The notes below the pieces were generated by a model that did not search any database, had not been told where the DNA came from, and was given only the letters and a program-made list of their open reading frames with translations. Source: Hormiphora californensis (Eukaryota > Animalia > Ctenophora). Taken from it: a DNA stretch of 64,000 nucleotides. Positions 22,601-33,860 of this stretch are shown here, piece after piece; within the stretch, counting starts at the first letter, position 1; each line of letters begins with the position of its first letter. The DNA lies in assembly GCA_020137815.1 (NCBI GenBank), contig CM035354.1, positions 4,774,001 through 4,838,000 of the forward strand, given 5' to 3'. The position numbers were made by a program, and so were the translations under genes.

Positions 22601-25600
22601 ACTAATTCTCTAACACTTCCCAGGCACTATCAGCTGGTTTGGGAGCTAAGATAGAGGACAGAGCAGGAAGTACCTCACCAGGTGTTAGTACAGCTCGTAA
22701 CAGGATGCTAAGTGATGCTAGCCAGCGCCTACACGAGGAAACAGCCACCATTGTAACCAAGGTATTACACGTTCAATGGTTGCCATGGTAACCATGGTTA
22801 CCAATATGTAGTTGAAACTTGAACTCTCATTGTAACCATGGCAACCCCATAACAACCCCAACCACCCAGGTTATCAGGGAGGACACTAGTGGAATGGAGG
22901 CAAGGTTGAGGGAGTTGGGAACCATCACTGCCGACCTCCAGGGTGCTCTCAAAACCATCCTGGACCAAACTAGGAACGACCAGGGAACACTGAGGAACCA
23001 GATTGAGGCCTTCTCTGGTGATACAACCATGATAAAAGAGGTCAGAAAACGCCTTTTTAGTTGTCTGTAAAAACATTTCAGTTCAATATTGCCACTCTCT
23101 CATTTCTCACGACCCCTCCGCTCTGAAAGAACTACAAAGTTTGAATAATTCAACCCTCTTCCAGAGTCTATATGAGTTGAACACCCAGCTGACTGCCATT
23201 AGGACTGAGGTACAGAGTATCACCCAGGAGGTCAGGGTGTGCGATGAGAGGATAGTTACCATTGACAACTCCATCGAGGCTAAGGTACGGGTACCACGGT
23301 AACCTAGATTCTAGAAGATCCAAAGGAGGGTGTCATGCGTTGCCGTGGAGACATTTCCCTTTCATGAGTAACTTCATATTATATATATATGCCCTGAGGC
23401 ATGAGATTTACCCCCCCCCCCCCATTATAGATTTCAGCCCTAAGACAGGAGATGGGAGATCGAGATGTGATCATTGGGCAGATTAGAGAGGAGCTAGGCA
23501 ACAGGGATCTAGTTCTGGCTGACCAGGCAAAACAACTACGGTACGAACTTACCAGGGATTGCTCCCTCTGCAAGGGCATGTAGAGATCTTATCTTCTGTT
23601 GACCAGTGCTACAAGAATATATCGAGACGCTCAAACAGTTAAAGGACTACTACAATGAATCTGTTTGATAATGTATTGTTACCCAGATCTTGTTTATGTT
23701 GTTCTAATTACCTCGTTTATCTGTCTACCACACCAACACAACACTGTGTTATATGTGGTAGCAGTACGAGGCTCAATCTTGTAGATTTCCTGAATCTGTG
23801 CCTTGTCATTTCAGGGAACTGGAGGAGTGTAGACACTCTCTTTTCCATGCAGAGGAAGCCATCAGAGACAGAGAGAACCAGATCCAGCAGCTAACCGAGT
23901 CTGTAACTACCCTCACTCAGAGGTGCGAGCAGTGGGAGACACAGACCACCAATCACACTGAGGTATGCGACATTTGACAAAGATCTTACTTACTGAGGAC
24001 AAAAAGTGCCAAATCTTTTATATTTGTTATGTTGAATGTTCTAACTTCTAACCCTCCTTTACACCTGTAAAAGACTTTCGCCGTGTGGGGCGCGGTGAAA
24101 CAGGGTCAACTAAATCTCTAATCTCACTCCAGGTGATTACAACTCTGGAGAGAGATCTGGATACTGAGAGACAGGGCAGGTTGGCTGGTGAACAGGAGAT
24201 ATCTAGTCTCCATGGTGCCCTTGCCGAGCTGGAGGATGCACTGGGACAGGAGAGGTCCAAAGCAAACGAGAGGGACAGAGAGATGTACGAGCTTCATCAG
24301 GTAGACCCTTATTTAAATAGAACGGAGGAAGCCGGAGGGACAATACTTGGATTTTATTGGTCTCTTTTTTTGGAATGTAACTTCTAATAACTCTCCCTCT
24401 TCTTCATGTTACTAGACGATCACCACCCTGGAGACTACAATCACGGAGGAGAGGGGCAGGTTTGAGGGAAGTGGCAGGGAGATCAACCAACTGCAGGAGA
24501 ACTTGATGAGGTTGGAGGCCCAGTTAGATGAGGAGAGAAGAGCAAAGGATGATAGGGATAAGGAGATTGCCAATATAACCAGGCAGATTGAGGTGTTGAT
24601 GAGGGAGAAGCAGCAGATGGAGAGTGAGAGTGTTCATCTGAAACAACAATACCAGAGTGACCTTGATGCTCTCACCCAGGTAACTAAACCATGTAAACAC
24701 CACCAGTTTTGTGGTCCTGGGATTTGCCACCCAGTAAATTTAGGTAGCTGCATGTTGTTCAGATTGCTTGCGGAGTAAAATGGGTGATGTTTTCTATTGC
24801 TGATAAACCATTGCCAGCACACAGCAGATTATCTGCTAGCCTAGCAAGATTAGAGGGGGGGTACCAGGAAACCACGGGGGTTGTGTTCGCTGTTTTATTT
24901 CTCTCTCTCTGTTACATTCCTTTTAGCAACTTGAACGACTAACGCAAGAGCGGTTTGAGCTTGAAGAGGGCGGAAAACGTGAGCGTCGAAAGAGTTCCCA
25001 GCTGCAAGAAAGCATGACCAACCTGCGAAGGGTAAGGAGGGTATTGTTCTAGTTGTTGTGGTTCCTCAGTTTTGTTGTTCTCTCTTTCCTGGTGGGGTTC
25101 TAGTTATATAATGCTGATATAAATATCACACTCTCAGCTGTTGGAGGAGGAGCAGAGAAAGTCGGAGGAGAAGGAGAGGAAAATCCAAGGATTTGATCGT
25201 GTCATCAAGGAAACGAGGGAGATGTTCGAGATGAAGCAGTCAGAGTTTGAGATGTTGAAGGAGGAGATTGTGCATTATAAAAACCTGGTCGCAACCAAGG
25301 AGAAGGAACTGAGTAATCTCACTGTGGTTTTCAACCAAAACATGAACGAAAACAAGAATGAGGTACACACACTTCTACAACAATCCCCGATCGAATTTTG
25401 GTCCTATCTATAGTATTAAACTGGCAGCATCCTGATCTAAAATAAGCAGAATTTTCAGCATTTTAGTCCGCCAATGTGCTGAAAATTCCTCTCAATCATA
25501 TCAGATACACATGCAGAGAGATTCTTATTCTTGCAGTACTGCAGCAGTGTGAATGAGAGAGAGAGAGAGAGGGGGGAGAGGGGAGGGAGATGGAGAATAT

Positions 25601-28600
25601 GTGTTGGTTGGCGCCAGTTGTGCGTAGTGCACCGACAACAGTCTAGAGGGGGAAAGGGGAGATTAGAGAGATTCATACATTACCATTGCAATTGAATTGG
25701 CTCTCTCTCTCTCTTTTTCAGCGCGACCAGTTCAACCAATCTGCTGAAAATCGTGCTGAAAACTGACCATTTCAACCAATCTGCTGAAAATCGTGCTGAA
25801 AACTGTTGTCGGTGCATTACGCAAAACTGGAACATTCCCCAGCATATTCTGTCTCTCTGTCACACACAACCAGCACATAATATCCCCAGATATCTCTCTC
25901 TCTCACTCTTCAGTCTTTCACATTCACTGCACCACCTATATTTTCAGCAGAATTTTCAGCACATAATATGTAGATGAAATTTTTGAATTGTAAAAATCAG
26001 CATTCTCGTTAAAAAAATCAGCATCCTGGGAGACATTTCTTTCCAATTGGTTGGCAAATTTTGAATTTTCGAACGGGGACAACAATTCCCTTATTTTTCC
26101 CTTAATCCTCCCCCCTTCTCCCATTGGTTACGAAGTCACCCCTAATCCATGAGCTTGCGCAGAGGAGTAATTTCATTACCAACTTCTACCAACCCTCTCT
26201 AACTCCCTCCCTTATCCCAGGTTGGAACACTCCGTCAGGAGATCAAGCAATTCAAGTGTACTCTCCAGGAAGCCGAGTTTAAACTCAGGGAATACCGAGA
26301 TAATGAGGTCCTCCTCCGAGCTGTTGAGACGACCTCCTCAACCCACACAGACAGGAGTGCTGCAGCAGGTTACCAGAGTCACACCATTAATCAGAGCAGC
26401 AGCCATGGAATGAACACCAGCACTGCAGCACTGACTAGTAAAACAGCCTCTATAAGGAGTGGGTCCCCTGCATGTAGATCACCCTCCCCCACCCTGGGAT
26501 ACTGCCAGACCCACAAGTCTATTGTGTCCCTGGATTCCAGGGCATCTGTTGGTAACTGTGGCACATCTTGTGGAGGGAATAACCATGGTATTCTGAATGT
26601 GCGGTATTCTGATCCCTGCAAGAAACTTTACCCTACTAAGGAGAGCGCCCTCCAGGTATTTAATATTCAGTGATGTGATGCAAGAAGAAAACCATTGGGT
26701 TTGACCCAGACATTTTTAATAATTTCTGAGGTGTTTTAACCACCCACCCCCACTGCAGGTTACCAACATGTACCAAAGTAAGAAGGTTAGCAACCAAGTC
26801 AGGCTGTCAGATGAGAGCTTCAGGAAGAACTAAAAACTTACCAAAATAACGACATCTACACCCGCCTGGACGAGCAGTTCCAATCTCTTCTTGTCTTTCT
26901 CGTGGGTACTAATAGCCGCACCGACTGAAAGGGTTGTTGAGCGGTTTCAATAAAATGTTTGGGTTACTAATATTAAATGTATAAAAGTGTGTATAAATGT
27001 ATACCTAGCAGTTGTTTGTTCTTGTCTTTGCTTGCAAAGGGATATTCTCGGTTTTTCTTGAGATCAGTACGAGAAATAAGACCCACCAGCTCATCATTTT
27101 CATTCACAATCGGCAGTTTTCCTGGGCAGGGAGATTATGGTAGAAAGGATTCACAGCTAAAGATTGATATCCCATTGACGCTTGTCAGAACAGAACTAAA
27201 TTTCCCACGGTTAAGAGCGCGCGTTCAACAAATGCAAAGACGCCGCGCGAGTGATATTGTGTAACTGTCACCGCGTGCTCCAAACAAGACGAGCTTCCGG
27301 TCAGTTATTGGGTTATAAGGGGTCACTCTCTATCGGCACAGCTAAAGTGCGTGTGTGAACATTTTTAGCGAAATCCCAAGGGACTACAAATAGCTACTCT
27401 CCTACTATATCCAAAACTGTAGATTTTCATTTAAAAAAACCCGCTAATTTACTCGATTCTCATACTTTCTCTTCCCCCTCTCTTTCAGTCATTGTTTTCA
27501 CAGGAAGTATATGTTCTAAGTACAAACATCCTGTTACAATACTCCTATACAAACATCTTGGTTTTGGGAATTATAAAACTTATAGAGTAGGTCTAGGTAT
27601 AATACCAAGAAGTAAGTGACAATCTCCTTCGCCGTCGCGGGGTGCGGGGAAGGAGGGTCGAACAATTACGCAAAGATAACCCTTGTTTTGTTCAAACCCT
27701 TTATATTTTATTTCATTTATTATTTCTATTTCCTTCATCGGTATTCCCTACCTTTCTTGCTAGCCTGTAGGATTTTGTTCGCTTCGGAGAGGGATGTGCC
27801 GTGTTTAGCGGTGACCAACTTATCGCGAGGCGTCATGACCTGGTGCAAAGGAGATATCTACTGGGGAGTGGTTAGTACGGTACGTGATAGGTTAGGGAAG
27901 GTGGTTAGATCAGTAAATGGTGGTTAGTAAGGTACGTGATAGGTTAGGTAAGGAGTGGTTAGATCAGTAAATTGTGGTTAGTAAGGCACGGGATAGGTTA
28001 GGGAAGGTGGTTAGATCAGTAAATGGTGGTTAGTACGGTACACGTGATAGATTAGGGAAGGTGGTTAGGGGGAAGAGGATGGAGAGAAACCCTCTCCGTG
28101 AGAGGGTATTTCAAACAGAGCGGCGAATTTATTCCAGAAATTCGGTCACATTTGAGGATGATGTAATTCTTCATTAACGCACTCCCACACTACATCCTAA
28201 TATAAAGTTGATTAGAGGAGGCCCGGTTGTATAAAATACGGCCGGCATATTACAACTGACACATGGCATGTTCCCCCCTACACGTTATAACAGACTGAAC
28301 GTGCTTGTAATATCCATATTGCCTTATTAGGACAATGAGGCAATGGATGAGTGAGTTTTTAATAAAGAATGGATAGGATTCGAGGGGGATGAGATAAGCA
28401 CATAGATGAAGAGTGTCTATTACTGTAATTCTACACACATTTTGGAAGGTTCGGTACAGTCTCTCTCTCTCACACAATGACACTGTCCTAAAGTCCAGTG
28501 GTCTGTGGTGATGTGTGTGCGAGAGAGATTAAATGGGAGAGCGTGTGTATACTGTCATGAATGTGTATACTGCGATTATAGGCCATAGAGAGGTAGGATA

Positions 28601-31134
28601 GAGAGTCTGTATGTGACAGTGCTATGAATTAATTCACACATTGTGATTGTAGCTAAAAGACTAAAGCTCTGCTGCTCTGCATTACTCTAATTCCCGTATC
28701 TCACAGTGCAACACAATGCACGACTTTTCTTTTTCCTTCGCTCACACCACAACATGTTTTGTATAAACAACAGCAAGCAAGAATCACACTCCGTCCCTGT
28801 CTGTTCACTAGATCAAGATGTTTAAAAACTAGCTGAACTTTAGTGATATGATAGATGAGACTAATATAAAGCATGGCAACACTGATATGTTACCTCTGAG
28901 ATATCTTGTCCAAAGTCCTCAACAAAATCAATGTCCCTGGAGGTGACCATTCCCATCAGCTTTCCACCCAATTCACCCGTATCTGCGAGGGAGAGAGAGA
29001 GGTAGAGAGAGGGGTTCATTAAGCATAATGGTGAAATACAATATTGATTGAGACTACTGTTCTCAGCTAGGGAGTAGGAGATCGCACGAGAGGCAACCTG
29101 AACAATTGAACATGCTCCAACGTAGGCTATGGTCTTCATCTATTAATTTTGTCTACATGTGTGAAACATTTGTTGATTTTGTAAAACCTTGTCACAATAG
29201 TCTACATGTTACCTGTTATTGCCACACCCGAGAACCCGTAAATGTCCTTTACTTTCTTAACATCGGTAATCGTATGTTTGCACGAGAGGACAACAGGGTC
29301 CAAGATAAAACCTTGCTCGAATTTCTGGAATAAAACGGATTGGGAGAGAGACGGAGAGATAAAAAAGGAGAGAGAGGAGACAGGAAAGGAGAAGAGAGAG
29401 ATAGAGATTGCATGTAATGTCATTTGTGAAAAAGGAGACACTCTCCCTCCTACAGTAGGGCTCCAAAAGGCAATCCAATTTCTAGAACTTGTTACCTAGA
29501 AGACACCCCCTGTCTCTTGCAGTTACTGCTGCAGGGGTAACATGGTAATATATCAAGTTCCCTGCCATGTGTTCCTTCAAACTTATCATATATTGCCTCG
29601 CAAAAAGACTCGCATAAAACGAGTCGCATAAAGCGAGTCGCGATAGAAGTTTAATCAACCCTTGTGTTGATGAGGTGATAGAGAAAGAAAGAGAGTAGAT
29701 AAACTGGAGAAGTTGAGGCACGATTAAGAGAAGGGGGAGAAGGAAAGTTTGGTGGAGCCTGGTATTGCAGGTGTGTGTATGAATTATGACAGGATGCAAC
29801 CTCATAAATACATTGAGTCCTGTTATTACAGGGCTTCCGTTGTAAGTATGTCTCAACTCTCATTGAACGAAAAAAGAGGAGAATTGAGAGAGGTAGAAAG
29901 AGAGAGAGGAACACGAAACAGATAGAGAAGAAGAATGATACCTTATTACCTTGACTTTCCGGACCTCATCAGCTTGGAACTCGGGGGCACAGTTGTGGTG
30001 AATTATACCAAGTCCTCCCATCAACTGAAAAATGGGGGGTTACATACGTGTATCAAACGGGTAATAAGGGATATTTTCCAAGTATTAATATTATACTTCT
30101 GATGACAGTATGGCAGGTGGATGTCGTCAATTACATACACACACGCATCAGTTGTTTTACTGTAATTCTCTCTTGCCGTCACGTTCATTTCTCCAGACAC
30201 CTTTCTCTCCATCCCTCTACATTTCTCCTCTCCATCCCTCTACATTTCTCCTTTCCATCCCTCTTTCTTTCCCTATACATGCGATGAGTGCCAATAAGAC
30301 TCATATATTGGAACATCTCCAACCGGACTGAGAGAAAGAGAGAGAAAGATTTGTAGTATCTCCATTCCCCCCTCTCTCTTTCTCTGTTCTATTACGTGCC
30401 GTATATTGCAACTCATTGCCATTTTTTCCTTTCTCCCCGAATCGCACGTGCAATACAATCGCAGTTATTGTCCAGACCACCTCCTTTACTCATCGCCCGT
30501 ATTTCCACAAGCTCGCACATTGCACAATACAACCGTGACGATGGAAATAGGTTCTTTGTGATGCATGATTATGGGTTTCACCCAGGTGAGCTATAGAAGA
30601 AGAAGAAAATATCGGGTGTGATACAAAACCGGGGAAACTGGTCCCAATTATAGTACGGAGTATAACAGTCAGGGTTCTGGGTTATCGGAACAAGTACGTG
30701 TGACATAAGCTCATGTTATTACCCACGTCCCACAGACATGTGTTTGTACATATAATCTTACCGCCATCGCGATGGCCATGCCGCTCTCGGTAACGGTGTC
30801 CATGGGGGAGCTGATGAGTGGTGTGTTGAGGGTCAGCTTCTTGGTGATGGGAGATGACAAGGTCACATCTTTAGAAGAGAAGTCAATATATCCTGGCAGA
30901 ATCAGGAAATCATTGTAGGTCAACCCCTCTTTCCCTGTATGGAAAGTGGTGTTACTCTACACAGTCCAAAGAACTTTTCAATTGAATATAAAGATGGTAT
31001 TGACGAATACTAAAAAGATTTTCTAACATGGGTGAATTGTAATGTAACTCATAGTGATGAGTACCTGATACTAAATCGGCAGCTGATATACCGTCCTCAG
31101 GAACGTAATCAGAGAAGTCTTTGTCATCAGCCAT
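16521..31134 (-). CDS. IMPDH: Inosine-5'-monophosphate dehydrogenase, 15 coding exons
   Basis: Approximate exons 31134-31065, 30934-30762, 30024-29950, 29324-29213, 28982-28894, 27839-27752, 27121-27006, 26924-26842, 19417-19327, 19171-19077, 17936-17792, 17676-17573, 17437-17253, 17066-16983 and 16542-16521. They encode [27 protein letters not shown], a CBS pair, DSSQGNS, catalytic [31 protein letters not shown] and [15 protein letters not shown]. Confidence 0.97.
18085..19040. mobile_element. Probable non-autonomous DNA transposon remnant in an IMPDH intron
   Basis: GTGCAAGGGCA-like motifs occur more than 10 times in both orientations, and there is an internal duplication (AATTTTGACTATTCCCACTTT...AAGTTTCAAGTCGATATTT at about 18090 and 18515). 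Confidence 0.5.
20001..21160 (+). CDS. Secreted protein with a Sushi/CCP domain, nested antisense in an IMPDH intron (3' end unresolved)
   Basis: Signal peptide [15 protein letters not shown] directly after a TTTTTAG acceptor. Intron at about 20903-20971, then YCTDMDPSW...[19 protein letters not shown]...APKC, the CCP cysteine pattern. A frame change near 20540-20640 is unexplained. Confidence 0.6.
22088..26833 (+). CDS. Long coiled-coil protein with keratin-like Gly/Ser-rich head and Ser/Cys-rich tail, nested antisense in an IMPDH intron
   Basis: About 12 exons. Head [10 protein letters not shown]...[11 protein letters not shown]; heptad-rich exons at 22870, 23166, 23438, 23816, 24133, 24417, 24928, 25138 and 26222; last exon [24 protein letters not shown]. 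Confidence 0.8.
27868..28070. repeat. Intronic tandem repeat, about 4 copies of ~52 bp
   Basis: Variants of GGTTAGTACGGTACGTGATAGGTTAGGGAAGGTGGTTAGATCAGTAAATGGT. Confidence 0.85.
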
Positions 31135-32244
31135 ATTACAAGTCACCTTATAACAAGTGGTTGGGGTGATGGGTTTCTTTCACATAATGAACAAAAGCTT
31201 TATTATTAACATTATCAAATCTGAATTGACACAATAGTGTACCAATACAATAAAAAAAGTTCAAGAGCACACTCGTCACCCAGATCCAAGAGTGTACCAC
31301 ATCCAGAAGAGAACACTGCAAGATGGATGGGAGCTGTCTTCAGTGAAGACAGCTCCCCAATCCCCATCCAAAAGATACCGCTCGTGGAATGGATCCGTTT
31401 CTTCTAGATGTGGTACGCTCTTGAGTCATGCAGCACCTGGACCTTGACAAACGCTACTGGCCCCCACACGGGATAAGGCAGCGCTTTTCAACCCTGGACC
31501 CTGCTTGTGGGCAGTGGGGGGTTTCCTGCTTCGCCGAGGCTGTATCCCCTGGCCCCGGACACCCAGGTCCCAGGGACTTGCTGGGCCTAAGGCCCAGGTC
31601 ATCGCCGCACCTACATAACACTTTTCTTTTCTTTTTCTTAATTTAACGACACCCAGATTTTAAATTTTAACGTTTTCTTGTTTTAACGTTTTCTGGTTTT
31701 AACATGACTAGAGTACCCGTTTGCTGGGAACCCGTGACCTGGTAAATGGTAATTTATCCTCATATAACCGGTGACATTTGTGTTTGATTTTTAAAAGATA
31801 ATTTGTTTGTTCCTTAGAGCAATGAGTCTCATAGTAGGCGCGGTTAGATCAGCACGTGCAGAAAGTCGCGCTACGCGCGCCACCCTAATCTCAGGTTACT
31901 CTCACGGCTTCATTTCGCATCCAATCCAAAAGTGACCTTCATAAAACCTGCAGTAGATCTCCTTAAGGAGAAGCGAAAACTTGAGGGACATTTCTTGATT
32001 GGATGCGACCTCGAGGAGCTGAAGTCGGATTTTTTGAAGTTGTCACCCCAAAATGACCGCGCATGTGAAATTTATCAATTTTGATGCACACACCACACGT
32101 TAACATGTGATGTGACACGCAAAAACATTCCGCGCACGAAACGGGGGGTGACAACTTCAAAAAATCCGACTTTATGACAATGCGCAAAAAGGGGTGGCAC
32201 GCGACTTTAACCACGTGGTGATCTAACCGCTCCTACATGACACA

Positions 32245-32636
32245 TAAGGAACCATAATAAAGTTCAAGAGCCTCCAAGAGCGCACCAGGTCCAAGAGCAC
32301 ACCAGGACCAGGAGAGCACCCCATCCAGAAGAGACCGCGCGCAAGGGATACCACGCGCAGAAGAGGCCGCACGCGCAAATACAACGCCGCGCTGGTCTCT
32401 TCTGCGTGTGGTGTCCCCTGCGCGTGGTATCTTCTGGATGGGGAGCTCTCTTTGATGTGGTGCGCTCTTGGAGTGGTCTCTTCTGGATGTCATGTGGTAC
32501 GCTCTTGGTTGTGGTCTCTTTTGGGTGTGGTGCGCTCTCAGGTGTGGTCTCTCTTCGATAGGGTCCGCTCTCAGGTGTGGTCTCTCTTCGATGGGGTGCG
32601 CTCTTGGAGGCTCTTGAACTTTATTATAGTTCCTTA
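32245..32636. mobile_element. Fold-back MITE with TA ends and internal CAAGAGCGCACC-like repeats
   Basis: TIR TAAGGAAC(C/T)ATAATAAAGTTCAAGAGCCTCCAAGAGCGCACC. A degenerate relative lies at about 31255-31425. Confidence 0.8.
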
Positions 32637-33375
32637 TTGGGTTTTTGAAAAAACGGCCATTACAATTTTGGCGAGGCGGGTAAATCATTTACTGTAACGC
32701 ACAAATTTTCCCAAAAAAGCGCTGCTTTTTTACGCCGCGCGCGGAACCTAAAATTACGCACGTAGTGTAAAATTTTAAAATTCATTGAAAATTTCCTCGC
32801 GTTTTATGTCGCCAAAAAAAAATCGACGAAAAATTCCAAATTCGTGAATTATAAGAACTCCGGTCTGTTCTCATCTTGCCAATCCGTTTTCCGGGAACCC
32901 CTGGCCAAAGGACATTAAAATTCACATACCGACCAAGTTTCATATCGATTGGATAAGATTTTGGGTGGCTACGGTGAAAAATATCGTATTTTTGGCATTT
33001 TTAACTTTCCCGACGCGATTTACGACCCTTAAACATTGAGTTACGGGAAATCGCTATCAAGTAAAATGAAGTTCAAACGATTCTCTTTCCCCACTATTGC
33101 GCTAGTTTTTTGATTTAGAGCCGTTTTCAGGGTCTTAGAAGCGTTTGAAAAATGTAAGTCTTTTTGTCGCAATGACGTCACCCCGTGACGTCACTGCTGT
33201 AAAGATCGGATCAAAAATCTGAGCCCGTACTTACATCCGCCTTGGTCCAAGGTACCAGTGTACAAATTTTCAGGGGTCTAGCTCAAAAACTGTGGGAGGA
33301 GTTTGAAAAACCAATTAACGGACAGACTGACTAACATTATGGAATTTATTATATGGATCATGAGGCCAGCGTTAA

Positions 33376-33860
33376 AATCTGGGTGTTTTGGGAGTGCTGA
33401 CAAACGGTTTTTTAGGGTTAGGGCTAAAGTAGGGTTAGGGTTGGGGTTTGGGTTGGGGTTAGGCCTTGACATTCCCTACCCGATAAACTTTGAATCAGCC
33501 AAAACGGTTGAGTGGTTTGGCGGTTAGAGCCATTTTAGTGAATCAACTTTTTTGGCAGCGCGCACCTGCAAACAGGCCTCCAAACACCCAGATCGTAACG
33601 GAAAACGTTAAAATCTGGGTGCCTTTCATTGCTAACAATTCGTAGTTTTAGCGCGCGCGACGGGTTAGGGCTATCCGTTAGGGTCTGGTTAGGGTTTGGT
33701 TTGGGGTTATCGGTCAGGGCTATCGATTCTCTATCAGTTACCGTTTAGTTTACTCAAATTGGCCATGTGGTTGCGTGGCTATAGCCGTTTGAAAAAAGTC
33801 GGTCTAAGTATACTCTTTTGGCAGCGCGCACCTGTAAACACGCTGCAAGGCACCCAGATT
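33376..33860 (-). mobile_element. Two adjacent MITEs with AATCTGGGTG termini
   Basis: 33612-33860 is the reverse complement of 9261-9512. Both contain GGGTTA-like repeats. Confidence 0.75.

Noticed and set aside
31428-31615. GC-rich hairpin-forming island upstream of IMPDH as an ncRNA
   Set aside because: I could not match it to any RNA family or ribozyme fold; it lies among TE fragments.
32233-32697. 151-aa and 81-aa repetitive ORFs
   Set aside because: They fall inside a fold-back MITE.
33410-33465. Interstitial telomere (TTAGGG-like)
   Set aside because: It is degenerate, short and internal to a MITE family that also occurs at 9261-9512.
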